A stretch of 64,000 bases of DNA from an uncultured Pseudoxanthomonas sp. (GCA_964425695.1 CAYRNF010000001.1:395093-459092); one strand, 5' to 3'; positions 1-9,253 are shown, numbered from the stretch's first letter. Notes: generated by a model from the letters alone, not told the origin. Translations and numbers: made by a program.

Positions 1-4
1 ACTG

Positions 5-2206
5 ATGCGCCGCTTCGCCGCGCTGTACCGCCGCCTGGACCGCAGCACCGCCACGCTGGACAAGCGCGCGGCGCTGGTCGAGTACTTCCGCGACGCGCCG
101 CCGCGCGATGCGGCGTGGGCGCTGTGGCTGCTCACCGGCGGCAAGGTGACCGCGGCGGTGGCCGGCGCCCGGGGAAAGGCCGCCAAGGCGCGCATCGCCA
201 ACACCCGCGAGCTGCGCACGTGGATCGCCCAGGAGTCCGCCACGCCGGACTGGCTGGTGGACGCCAGCTACGACCAGGTGGGCGATCTGGCCGAAACCCT
301 GGCGCTGCTGCTGGACGATCCGGTGCAGCGCGGCGAGGACATCGGCCTGGCGGACTGGATCGAGGGCCGCCTGGCGCCGCTGGCCCACGCGGACGAAGAC
401 ACCCGCCGCGCGGTGGTGGTGGGCGCCTGGCGCAGCCTGGCCTTCGACGAGCGCCTGGTGTTCAACAAGCTGCTCACCGGCGCGCTGCGCGTGGGCGTGT
501 CGCAGGGGCTGGTGCAGCAGGCGCTGGCCGAGCTGTCGGGCCTGGACATCGCGTTGATCGCGCAGCGCATGCTCGGTGCGTGGACGCCGTCGGAGGCGTT
601 CGTGGCGGGGCTGCTCTCGCACGAGGCGCAGCCCGGCGATGCGGCTTCGCCGTTTCCGTTTTTCCTGGCCTCGCCGCTGGAAACCGCACTGCGCGCCGGC
701 GACGACGGCGAGCCGCCCTCGCCCAACGATCCCGACGCCGTGGCGCGCGCGCTGGGCGACATCGGCGACTGGAAGCTGGAGTGGAAGTGGGACGGCATCC
801 GCGTGCAGCTGATCCGCCGCAACGGCGGCGTGGCCCTGTGGTCGCGCGGCGAGGAGCGCATGGACGGCCGCTTCCCGGAAATCGAGACCGCGCTGGCCGC
901 GCTGCCGCGCGACGCGGTGATCGACGGCGAACTGCTGGCCTGGCGCGAAGGCGAGGCCGCACCGCTCCCGTTCACCGCGCTGCAGACCCGCATCCAGCGC
1001 CGCAAGCCGGGGCCGAAGGCGCTGGCCGACACGCCGGTGCGCGTGCTTGCCTACGACCTGCTGGAGCTCGACGGCGAAGACCTGCGCGAGCGGCCGCTGG
1101 TGCAGCGGCGGGCGCTGCTGGAACGACTCCTGGCCGCCACGGGTGATGCGACAGAAGGTGATCCGTCACTCCCGCGCAGGCGGGAGTCCAGGGACGTTGC
1201 GCTTGAAGTGCATGGCGCTGCGGATCACGAAGGATCAAAGGCCGCGTCCATGGGCTCCCGCCTTCGCGGGGATGACGGTGTGGGACAGGACGATCTGTCG
1301 CTGTCCATGAATGAACACCCCGGCGGGCTGTTGAGAGCCGCCTCCCGCGTTCGCGTGGATGATGGTGAAAAAGAAAGTGAATCGTCACTCCCGCGCAGGC
1401 GGGAGCCCAAGGACGTTGGGCTTCCAGTGGATGGCGAAGCGCATCACGGAGAATCAGAGGGAACGTCCATGGATCCCCGCCTTCGCGGGGATGACGTTGG
1501 GGAAGAAGTTGATCCGTCACTCGCGCGCAGGCGGGAGCCCATGGACGTCGGGCTTGAAGTGGATCGTGACACGCATCATGGAGGATCAGAGGCGACGTCC
1601 ATGGGTCCCCGCGTTCGCGGGAATGACGGCATAACGGTGCCGTCGCAGTCGACTTCGGCTTCGCAACGCATCGCGCTGTCCCCGCACATCCATGCCGCCT
1701 CATGGACCGACGCTGCACAGCTGCGCGAGGATTCCCGCACGCGCGGCGTGGAAGGGCTGATGCTCAAGCGTGCGGATTCGCCGTATCGCCACGGCCGCAA
1801 GCGCGGCGACTGGTGGAAGTGGAAGGTGGATCCGCTGACCATCGACGCGGTACTGCTGTATGCGCAGAGCGGCCACGGCCGGCGCAGCACGCTGTACACC
1901 GACTACACCTTCGGCCTGTGGGACGGCGATGCGCTGGTGCCGGTGGCCAAGGCGTACTCGGGGCTGGACGACAAGGAAATCCTGCAGCTGGACCGCTGGA
2001 TCCGTGCGCACACCACCGAACGCTTCGGGCCGGTGCGTGCGGTGCAGCACGGGCAGGTGTTCGAGCTCGGCTTCGAAGCGGTGAATCGCTCCAGCCGCCA
2101 CAAGTCGGGCATCGCGGTGCGGTTCCCGCGGATCCTGCGCTGGCGCCACGACAAGCCGGTGGCCGAAGCCGACGCGCTGTCCACGCTGCGGGCGCTGGCA
2201 CGATGA
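5..2206 (+). CDS. ATP-dependent DNA ligase (ligase-associated DNA damage response type), carrying an in-frame ~470-bp repeat insertion
   Basis: N-terminus MRRFAALYRRLDRSTATLDKRAALVEYF is typical of this ligase family. Adenylation motif I is KxDG (EWKWDGIRVQ) and motif V-like is EGLMLKR. The stop overlaps the helicase start (ATGA). Length is 733 aa against ~550 expected because of the repeat insertion. Confidence 0.85.
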   Translation: MRRFAALYRRLDRSTATLDKRAALVEYFRDAPPRDAAWALWLLTGGKVTAAVAGARGKAAKARIANTRELRTWIAQESATPDWLVDASYDQVGDLAETLALLLDDPVQRGEDIGLADWIEGRLAPLAHADEDTRRAVVVGAWRSLAFDERLVFNKLLTGALRVGVSQGLVQQALAELSGLDIALIAQRMLGAWTPSEAFVAGLLSHEAQPGDAASPFPFFLASPLETALRAGDDGEPPSPNDPDAVARALGDIGDWKLEWKWDGIRVQLIRRNGGVALWSRGEERMDGRFPEIETALAALPRDAVIDGELLAWREGEAAPLPFTALQTRIQRRKPGPKALADTPVRVLAYDLLELDGEDLRERPLVQRRALLERLLAATGDATEGDPSLPRRRESRDVALEVHGAADHEGSKAASMGSRLRGDDGVGQDDLSLSMNEHPGGLLRAASRVRVDDGEKESESSLPRRREPKDVGLPVDGEAHHGESEGTSMDPRLRGDDVGEEVDPSLARRREPMDVGLEVDRDTHHGGSEATSMGPRVRGNDGITVPSQSTSASQRIALSPHIHAASWTDAAQLREDSRTRGVEGLMLKRADSPYRHGRKRGDWWKWKVDPLTIDAVLLYAQSGHGRRSTLYTDYTFGLWDGDALVPVAKAYSGLDDKEILQLDRWIRAHTTERFGPVRAVQHGQVFELGFEAVNRSSRHKSGIAVRFPRILRWRHDKPVAEADALSTLRALAR
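1160..1630. repeat. Tandem array (3 full and 1 partial copies) of a ~117-bp palindromic REP/MITE-like element lying inside the ligase CDS
   Basis: Units start 'gatccgtcactcccgcgcaggcgggag' and end 'cccgccttcgcggggatgacg'. There is an internal inverted repeat ccatggacgtcg...cgacgtccatgg. Each copy encodes SLPRRREPxDVGLxVDGxxHHGxSExTSMxPRxRGDD. Confidence 0.7.
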
Positions 2207-4758
2207 CGCCGCCTGCCGCAGCGCAGCCGGCGGACGCTGCGCCGGGCGGCGCGGGCGTGCCGCGCGCGCGGCGCCGCCACGACGCGCCCCTGGCGGACTG
2301 GTTCGGTGCGCGCGGCTGGACGCCCGCACCGTTCCAGCGCGAGGCGTGGCGCCGCTACCGCAACGGCGAGTCCGGCCTGGTGGTCACGCCCACCGGCAGC
2401 GGCAAGACGCTGGCGGTGTTCGGCGGGCCGCTGCTGGAAGCGCTGGCCGCCGGTGAACACACGACGCCGCCGCCGAAGACGAAGCGCGGCACGCCCGTGA
2501 CCGCACGCACCCGCGTGCTGTGGATCACGCCGCTGCGCGCGCTGGCCCACGACACGGCGCGCGCGCTGCGCGATCCGATCGAGACGCTGGGCCTGCCGTG
2601 GACGGTCGCGATGCGCACCGGCGACGCCAGCGCCCGTGACCGACGCCTCGCCCGGCAGGGCCGCGCCGACGTGCTGGTGATCACGCCCGAATCGCTGGCG
2701 CTGCTGCTGAGCTATCCGGATACGCAGGCGCAGCTCGCGGGGCTGCGCACGGTGGTGGTGGACGAGTGGCACGAACTGCTGGGCAACAAGCGCGGCGTAC
2801 TGCTGCAACTGTGCCTGGCGCGGCTGCGCGCGTGGTCGCCCGCGCTGCGCACCTGGGGCGTGTCGGCCACGCTGGGCAACCTGGCACAGGCGCGCGACGT
2901 GCTGCTGCCGCATGTGCCGGAGGCGGCGATCGTGCAGGCCGCACGCCCGCGTTCGCTGGTGCTCGAAACGCTGCTTCCGGAGGAAGGCGAACGCTTTCCG
3001 TGGGCGGGCCACCTGGGCCTGTCGCAGGTGCAGCGCGTGGTCGCTCGCCTGCAGCACGCGCGCAGCACGCTGCTGTTCGCGAACACGCGTGCGCAGGCCG
3101 AGCTGTGGCATCGCGCGCTGTCGTCGGTGTGGCTGGACGATCCGGCCACGCTCGCCCTGCACCACGGCTCGCTGGATCCCGCGCTGCGCCGCGCCGCGGA
3201 ACAGGGCCTGCGCGACGGTTCGGTGCGCTGCGTCGTGGCGACTTCAAGCCTGGACCTGGGCGTGGATTTCCCGGCCGTGGACCAGGTGCTGCAGATCGGC
3301 AGCCCCAAGGGCATGGCGCGGCTGCTGCAGCGCGCCGGGCGCGCCCGCCATCGGCCGGGCGAAGCCGGGCACATCGTGTGCGTGCCCACCCATGCGCTGG
3401 AACTGGCCGAGTACGCGGCCGCGCGTGAGGCCCTGCGCGAAGGCGAGGTGGAAGCGCGCCCGCCACCGACGCTGTCGCTGGACGTGCTGGCGCAGCACTG
3501 CATCACCCTGGCGCTGGGCGGCGGCTTCAACGCCGACGCGCTGCTGGCGGAAGTGCGCGGCACGCACGCGTTCGCCGCGCTGACCGACGTGCAGTGGGCG
3601 GCGGTGCTGGCCTTCATCGTGCAGGGCGGGCAGGCGCTGCAGCACTATCCGGACTTCCGCCGCGTGGTGCGCGATGGCGACGGCCTGTATCGCGTGCACG
3701 ACCGGCGCATCGCGTTCCGCCACCGGCTGTCCATCGGCACCATCGCCAGCGACGGGTCGATGCAGGTCAAGCTGCTCAAGGGCGGCGGGCTGGGCAGCGT
3801 GGAGGAAAGCTTCGCCGCGCGGCTGCGTCCCGGCGACCGCTTCCAGTTCGCGGGCCGCACGCTGGAGCTGGTGCAGCTCAAGGAGATGACCGCCTACGTC
3901 CGCGTGTCCAAACGTGCCGATGGCACGGTGCCGCGGTGGCAGGGCGGGCGCATGCCCATGTCCACCGCGCTGGGCGCGCGCGTCGCCGCGGTGCTGGCCG
4001 CGCCGCCGGACGTGCCGGAGCTGCGCGCGCTGGCGCCGCTGCGCGAGCTGCAGCAGCGCCTGTCCGCGCTGCCGGGCGCGCAGGTGCTGCTGGCGGAATT
4101 CCTGAAGACGCGCGAGGGGTGGCACCTGTTCCTGTATCCGTTCGCCGGGCGCGCCGTGCACGAAGGGTTGGCCGCGCTTCTGGCGCTGCGCTGGAGCCGG
4201 CGTGCGCCGAACAGCTTCGCCTTCGCGGTGAACGACTACGGCCTGGCCCTGACCGCACAGGCCGAGACGGAAATCGATGCCGACACGCTGCGCGCGCTGC
4301 TGTCGCCCGACGCGCTGGCCGACGATCTTGCCGAAGGCCTCAACCTGACCGAGCTCGCCCGCCGCCAGTTCCGCGAGGTCGCGCGCGTCGCCGGGCTGCT
4401 GCCGCCGTCGCTGCCCGGGCGCGCCGCGCGCAGCCTGCGCCAGCTGCAGGCCTCCAGCGGCCTGCTGTTCGACGTGCTGCGCCAGCACGATCCCGACCAC
4501 CTGCTGCTGCAGCAGGCCGCGCGCGAGGTGTTCGAGGCGCAACTCGACGTGCAGGCGCTGCGCGCGGTGCTGGAGCGCTGCCACGCGCAGGCGCTGCACC
4601 TGCACCATCCCGCCACGCTCACGCCGCTGGCGTTCCCGCTGTGGGCCGAGTCCATGCGCGGCACGCTCAGCAGCGAGGACTGGAAGACCCGCGTGGAACG
4701 CGCGGCACGGCAGCTGGATGCGCGCCATGCGCGGCGCCGGGGCGGACGCCGTGGGTGA
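2203..4758 (+). CDS. Lhr-like DEXH-box helicase (ligase-associated DNA damage response helicase)
   Basis: Walker A VVTPTGSGKTL and DEWH box VVVDEWHEL. A helicase C-terminal domain is followed by the Lhr-core C-terminal extension. The start ATG overlaps the ligase stop. Confidence 0.85.
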   Translation: MTPPAAAQPADAAPGGAGVPRARRRHDAPLADWFGARGWTPAPFQREAWRRYRNGESGLVVTPTGSGKTLAVFGGPLLEALAAGEHTTPPPKTKRGTPVTARTRVLWITPLRALAHDTARALRDPIETLGLPWTVAMRTGDASARDRRLARQGRADVLVITPESLALLLSYPDTQAQLAGLRTVVVDEWHELLGNKRGVLLQLCLARLRAWSPALRTWGVSATLGNLAQARDVLLPHVPEAAIVQAARPRSLVLETLLPEEGERFPWAGHLGLSQVQRVVARLQHARSTLLFANTRAQAELWHRALSSVWLDDPATLALHHGSLDPALRRAAEQGLRDGSVRCVVATSSLDLGVDFPAVDQVLQIGSPKGMARLLQRAGRARHRPGEAGHIVCVPTHALELAEYAAAREALREGEVEARPPPTLSLDVLAQHCITLALGGGFNADALLAEVRGTHAFAALTDVQWAAVLAFIVQGGQALQHYPDFRRVVRDGDGLYRVHDRRIAFRHRLSIGTIASDGSMQVKLLKGGGLGSVEESFAARLRPGDRFQFAGRTLELVQLKEMTAYVRVSKRADGTVPRWQGGRMPMSTALGARVAAVLAAPPDVPELRALAPLRELQQRLSALPGAQVLLAEFLKTREGWHLFLYPFAGRAVHEGLAALLALRWSRRAPNSFAFAVNDYGLALTAQAETEIDADTLRALLSPDALADDLAEGLNLTELARRQFREVARVAGLLPPSLPGRAARSLRQLQASSGLLFDVLRQHDPDHLLLQQAAREVFEAQLDVQALRAVLERCHAQALHLHHPATLTPLAFPLWAESMRGTLSSEDWKTRVERAARQLDARHARRRGGRRG

Positions 4759-5404
4759 GACGCTGCCGATCCTGCTGGCGGGCGAGCCGGTGGTGCTGCT
4801 CGCCGACCGCGCCCTGTACTGGCCGGCGCGCGGGCGCCTGCTGATCGCCGATTTGCACCTGGGCAAGGGCGACGTGTTCCGCGCCGCCGGCATCCCCGTG
4901 CCCACCGGCGGCACCGCGCACGACCTGGCGCGGCTGGATGTGCTGCTGCGCGCAACCGGCGCGCATGCGCTGTGGATCCTGGGCGACTTCCTGCACGGGC
5001 CGCGCCATGCCGGCGTGGATGCGGCGTGGCGCGCGTTGCGCGACGCGCACCCGCACGTGCACATGGCGGTGGTGCGCGGCAACCACGACCGCCGCTTCGA
5101 CCGCGACGCGGCGGGCGTGGACGAGGTGCCGGAAGGCCTGGTGGACGGTCCGTTCGCGTTCCGCCACGCACCGCACGACGAGCCCGCCGCGGGCGCCACC
5201 GGCGACGCGCCGCACCTGCTGTGCGGGCACGTGCATCCGGTGCTGCGCATCCCGGGCACCGGTGCGCACCCGCTGTTCTGGCTGCAGCCCGGCTGCACCG
5301 TGCTGCCTGCGTTCTCGCGCTTCACCGGCGGCTACCGGGTGTCGCCTGCGGCCTGTGCGGGCAGCGTGGTCTGCGACGGGCGCGCGCTGCTGCGCCTGCG
5401 CTGA
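4718..5404 (+). CDS. pdeM: Metallophosphoesterase PdeM (ligase-associated DNA damage response endonuclease)
   Basis: Calcineurin-like motifs LIADLHLGKG, GDFLHG, VRGNHDR and CGHVHP. It overlaps the helicase 3' end and is co-oriented in the ligase/helicase module. Confidence 0.8.
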   Translation: MRAMRGAGADAVGETLPILLAGEPVVLLADRALYWPARGRLLIADLHLGKGDVFRAAGIPVPTGGTAHDLARLDVLLRATGAHALWILGDFLHGPRHAGVDAAWRALRDAHPHVHMAVVRGNHDRRFDRDAAGVDEVPEGLVDGPFAFRHAPHDEPAAGATGDAPHLLCGHVHPVLRIPGTGAHPLFWLQPGCTVLPAFSRFTGGYRVSPAACAGSVVCDGRALLRLR

Positions 5405-5458
5405 GCGGTCCGCGCTGCGCGGCGTAGCATGGGCCGCAGTGTCGAAGGGAGTCGCGGG

Positions 5459-6013
5459 ATGGTGTCGCTTCTGGGGATCTCCGGCAGCCTGCGCGCAGGC
5501 TCGTTCAATACCGCGCTGCTGCGCGCCGCGCAGGGCGTCGCGGGCGAAGGCGTGGCGCTGCGGCTCGCCACCGTGCACGGCATCCCGCTGTACGACGCGG
5601 ACGCCGAGGCGCGAGACGGCCTGCCGCCGGCGGTGCAGGCGTTGAAGGCGCAGGTGCTGGCCGCCGACGGCGTCCTGCTCGCTACGCCCGAGTACAACAA
5701 CGGCATTCCCGGCGTGTTCAAGAATGCGATCGACTGGCTTTCGCGCCCGTCGTCGGACATTCCGCGGGTGTTCGGCGACCGCGCCTTCGCGGTCATCGGC
5801 GCATCGCCCGGCGGCTTCGGCACGCTGCTGGCGCAGGACGCGTGGTGGCCGGTGCTGCGCACCCTGCGCGCACGCGTCTGGTTCGGCGGCAGGCTCACCG
5901 TGTCGCGGGCCGGCGGCGTCTTCGATGCCGGCGGTACGCTGGTCGACGACAAGGTGCGGGAGCAGCTGCGCGCGTTCGTGCAGGGCTTCGCCGATTTCTC
6001 GCGCCGCCGCTAG
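5459..6013 (+). CDS. NADPH-dependent FMN reductase
   Basis: MVSLLGISGSLRAGSFNTALLRAA...ATPEYNNGIPGVFKNAIDWLSRP matches the flavodoxin-like NAD(P)H:FMN reductase signature. Confidence 0.75.
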   Translation: MVSLLGISGSLRAGSFNTALLRAAQGVAGEGVALRLATVHGIPLYDADAEARDGLPPAVQALKAQVLAADGVLLATPEYNNGIPGVFKNAIDWLSRPSSDIPRVFGDRAFAVIGASPGGFGTLLAQDAWWPVLRTLRARVWFGGRLTVSRAGGVFDAGGTLVDDKVREQLRAFVQGFADFSRRR

Positions 6014-6101
6014 CGCGCCACGCCGCGCGTACTGCGGCCTACACGCCTCCGCGACCGCGCATGCGCGAGCCTGTCGGCCGCCCCCTGCGCCGAGACCCGC
6101 C

Positions 6102-6482
6102 ATGACCGCGATCTTCCTGTGGCTCAACGCCGTGCTGTATGCCGTGTTCTGCGCGTGGTGCACGCTGCGCTGGGCCTCCACGTCGCAGGCCCTCGGCTAC
6201 GTGCAGCTCAACGGCAGCGGGCGTTCGGAATACCTGGCCGTGTACGGCGGCCTGCAGCTGGGCCTGGCGATCGCGTTCGCGCTGCTGGCGCTCAATCCGC
6301 AGCACCATCGCATCGGCGTGGTGTTCGGTCTGGTGCTGTACGCGGCGATCGTGCCGTTCCGCTGGGCCAGCGTGTCGCTGCTGGGGCCGGTGGAGCGCCT
6401 GACCCTGGCGGTGGGCGCGTTGGAAACCGGCATGTTGCTGTGGGCGCTGGCGCTGTGGTGGAGCGGCCGCACGGCGCTCTAG
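6102..6482 (+). CDS. Small integral membrane protein (3-4 TM), hypothetical
   Basis: The translation MTAIFLWLNAVLYAVFCAW...LLWALALWWSG is hydrophobic throughout. Confidence 0.5.
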   Translation: MTAIFLWLNAVLYAVFCAWCTLRWASTSQALGYVQLNGSGRSEYLAVYGGLQLGLAIAFALLALNPQHHRIGVVFGLVLYAAIVPFRWASVSLLGPVERLTLAVGALETGMLLWALALWWSGRTAL

Positions 6483-6591
6483 GCCGCGCGCATCGCGCGG
6501 CGTGCGGTCACGGAAGCCTCACCCCGCGTCGCCGAGCCTGTCGGCCCCGATTCGCTCGATCCCTCCCCATTTCCCCAAGGAACCCCCGCCC

Positions 6592-7077
6592 ATGGCGACG
6601 CCGCACGAACTGGAAGCAAAACTCTGGAAGGCGCTGGAATCCGACCGCACCGTGATGCTGGGCATCGACGGCGCCGAAGGCGGTCACACGCGGCCGATGA
6701 CCGCGATCGTGGAAGGCGGCCACGGCCCGCTGTGGTTCTTCACCGGCAAGCCCAATGCGCTGGTCGAATTGGCCGGCACCGCCGGGCGTCGTGCGGTCGC
6801 CGCGTTCAGCGCGAAGGGCCACGACCTGTTCGCCAGCATCCACGGCACCTTGCGCATCGACCAGGACCGCGCGGTGATCGACCGCCTGTGGAACCCCTTC
6901 ATCGCCGCGTGGTTCGAAGGCAAGGACGATCCCAACCTGGTGCTGATGCGCTTGGACGCCGAAGACGCCGAGGTGTGGCTCAACGAAAACAACCTGCTGG
7001 CCGGCATCAAGATGCTGCTGGGCGTGGACCCGAAGAAGGACTACGCCGACAAGGCCGGCGAGGTCCAGCTGGGCTGA
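6592..7077 (+). CDS. Pyridoxamine 5'-phosphate oxidase family protein (general stress protein 26-like)
   Basis: MATPHELEAKLWKALESDRTVMLG...GHTRPMTA...LWFFTG is a PNPOx-like split-barrel signature. Confidence 0.7.
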   Translation: MATPHELEAKLWKALESDRTVMLGIDGAEGGHTRPMTAIVEGGHGPLWFFTGKPNALVELAGTAGRRAVAAFSAKGHDLFASIHGTLRIDQDRAVIDRLWNPFIAAWFEGKDDPNLVLMRLDAEDAEVWLNENNLLAGIKMLLGVDPKKDYADKAGEVQLG

Positions 7078-7165
7078 ACACGCCCCGGCGTGGCGGCGTC
7101 GATCCGGCGCCGCCCGGATCGTCGCCAGGGCAAGGGAATCGCCCCGCAAACGGAGACAACGCGCC

Positions 7166-7615
7166 ATGCCCAGCACCATCCGCCTGCATCGTGTCCTGGC
7201 CGCGCCGCCGGACCGCGTCTACCGCGCCTTCCTCGATCCGGCGGCGCTGTGCAAATGGCTGCCGCCGGACGGTTTCACCTGCACCGTGCACGCCTTCGAT
7301 CCCGTCGTCGGCGGGCGCTACCGCATGTCGTTCACCAACTTCACCACCGGCGGCAGCCACAGCTTCGGTGGCGAGTTCCTGGAACTGGTGCCGGGCGAGC
7401 GCATCCGCCACACCGACGCGTTCGAGGACCCCAACCTGCCCGGCGAGATGGTGGTGACCGTCGCGCTCAAGCCGGTGTCGTGCGGCACCGAGGTGCACGT
7501 GGACCAGGCCGGCGTCCCCGATGCCATCACGCCGGCGGACTGCTACCTGGGCTGGCAACAGTCGCTGACGCTGCTGGCGCGGCTGGTGGAACCGGAAATT
7601 CCGGACGGATACTGA
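7166..7615 (+). CDS. SRPBCC/AHSA1 (activator of Hsp90 ATPase homologue-like) domain protein
   Basis: IRLHRVLAAPPDRVYRAFLDPAALCKWLPP...GGEFLELVPGERI matches the AHSA1 fold. Confidence 0.75.
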   Translation: MPSTIRLHRVLAAPPDRVYRAFLDPAALCKWLPPDGFTCTVHAFDPVVGGRYRMSFTNFTTGGSHSFGGEFLELVPGERIRHTDAFEDPNLPGEMVVTVALKPVSCGTEVHVDQAGVPDAITPADCYLGWQQSLTLLARLVEPEIPDGY

Positions 7616-7690
7616 GCCCGCGGTCGCGTCCCCGCCGGGCGCGAAAGCGCGGTGGCATCGGCGCAGCTCCGGAGCGCCAGCGCAGGCGGC

Positions 7691-8884
7691 TCAGCGCTCC
7701 GGGCCCGCCCAGAAGCGCATGTCGCCGTACTCCCACGTCCACGGCACGCCGGTTTCCCCCAGCGCGAAGCGCACCAGCGCGGGAAAGGCGGCTTCGGCGC
7801 GCACGTCGTTGGACAGGATCAGCACGCAGCGTTGGCCGCGCTGCACGCAGACCAGGGTGTTGCCGGTGCTGTCGTTGTGGCCGCCCTTGAAGAAGCCGCG
7901 GCCCTGCGGCCCGTCGAACACCACCACCCCCAGCCCCGCCGCCAGGTCGGCGCGGCGCTGCGCGGGCGGTAGTTCCGGCTGCAGGGTGGGGAACTGGGTG
8001 CGCGTGGCGATCGGCAGCAGCGGCGCGGTCATCGTGGCGTGCATGCGCGGCGTCAGGCCCGCGCCACGTACCAGCGCGGCGGCGAAGCGCGCCAGGTCGG
8101 CAATGGTCGTGTCCATGGAACCGGCGGCACGCACCGTGCTGCGCTCGTCGTGCGGTTCGGTGCTGCCGTCCGCCTTCCAGCCGTCGGCCAGGTTGGCGGC
8201 GAACTCCGGGCGCCATTGCAGGCTGGTGTGGCGCATGCCCAGCGGATCGAACACGCGCCGCTGCAGTTCCTCACCCACGTCCAGGCCCAGCCCGCGTTCC
8301 AGCGCGAACTGCAGCGCGATGAAGCCGTCACCGGAGTACGCGTAGCGGGAACCGGGCGCGAAGTGGATGCGCAGCCGCCGGTCCGGCTCCAGGAAGCCGA
8401 AGTTCGCAAACCCGGTGGAATGGGTGAGCGCGATGCGCGGCGTGATGGCGCGCCAGCGCTCGTCGCCGGCCAGGTGTTCCCACGTGGCGTAACGATCCTC
8501 GCCGGCGTACGCGGGCAGCGGCTTGTCCAGCATGGTCGCGATCGGGGCGTCCAGGTCGATCCGCCCCTCGCCGGCCAGCTGCGCCACCAGATAGGCGAAG
8601 ACGGTCTTGGTGAGCGACGCGCCGTACATCACGCTGCCGGGGGTGAGCGGATCGCCGGCGGCGTTGCGCAGGCCGTGCGCCTGGACGTCCACCACGCGGC
8701 CATCGTCGATCAGGGCGATCGCCAGGCCCTGCGCGCCGGTCGCGGCCATGGCACGGCGCACCTGCGCCTCGAGCTGTGGCGCCGTGGGTAGGGCGGGTGG
8801 CGCGGGTGCTGCGCCGGGCCGCGTGGCGCAAGCGGCAGGCAGTGCCAGCAGCGCCGCCAGCAGGCAGGCAAGGGCGTGGCGCAT
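7691..8884 (-). CDS. Serine hydrolase, beta-lactamase/class-C-like family (lipoprotein)
   Basis: Signal/lipobox MRHALACLLAALLALPAACA. SxxK motif SLTK. Tyr and HSTG motifs typical of AmpC/esterase-like hydrolases. Confidence 0.8.
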   Translation of the reverse strand: MRHALACLLAALLALPAACATRPGAAPAPPALPTAPQLEAQVRRAMAATGAQGLAIALIDDGRVVDVQAHGLRNAAGDPLTPGSVMYGASLTKTVFAYLVAQLAGEGRIDLDAPIATMLDKPLPAYAGEDRYATWEHLAGDERWRAITPRIALTHSTGFANFGFLEPDRRLRIHFAPGSRYAYSGDGFIALQFALERGLGLDVGEELQRRVFDPLGMRHTSLQWRPEFAANLADGWKADGSTEPHDERSTVRAAGSMDTTIADLARFAAALVRGAGLTPRMHATMTAPLLPIATRTQFPTLQPELPPAQRRADLAAGLGVVVFDGPQGRGFFKGGHNDSTGNTLVCVQRGQRCVLILSNDVRAEAAFPALVRFALGETGVPWTWEYGDMRFWAGPER

Positions 8885-9007
8885 CGGACGCTCCGCGACG
8901 GGACCTGCGTGCAGCGTGCCTCCGCCTGCGCCACCGCTGCAAGCGCGTGCACGCGGGCTTGCCGCGCCGCGGCGCAGGGTGCACACGGCACCGACGGGAG
9001 ACAGGCC

Positions 9008-9202
9008 ATGACGCCGCTGGAAAAACCGCTGCGCCGCGAGGTCCGCGTGGGCGACCAGGCCCATACCGTGCTGATCGACGCGGACGGCCTGAAGTTCACG
9101 CGCAAAGGCGCGCGCAACGGTGTCGAGCTGCGCTGGGCGGACCTGGCCAGCGGCGATGCGGCGCTGGCCGTGGCGCTGCGCGCGTCGCTCGCCCAGCCCT
9201 GA
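9008..9202 (+). CDS. Small hypothetical protein (64 aa), paralogue of 47132..47323
   Basis: MTPLEKPLRREVRVGDQAHTVLIDADGLKFTRKGARNGVELRW. There is a GGGAGA SD-like sequence upstream. The motif is shared with the second copy. Confidence 0.5.
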   Translation: MTPLEKPLRREVRVGDQAHTVLIDADGLKFTRKGARNGVELRWADLASGDAALAVALRASLAQP

Positions 9203-9253
9203 GTCGCCGCCGGGCGCCGCGTGCGGCGCGATCCGTGCGCCTGGGCGCCGCGA

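Noticed and set aside
1140-1700. Possible CRISPR array (regular ~117-bp repeats)
   Set aside because: The repeats are directly adjacent with variable short linkers rather than unique spacers of constant length. The unit is far longer than CRISPR repeats. The array is in frame inside a CDS and no cas genes are present. It fits a REP/MITE better.
3244-5325. Minus-strand 693-aa ORF antisense to the helicase and pdeM
   Set aside because: It lies antisense to genes with clear catalytic motifs. The translation is low-complexity and Arg/Gln-rich. It is an artefact of GC-rich codon bias.
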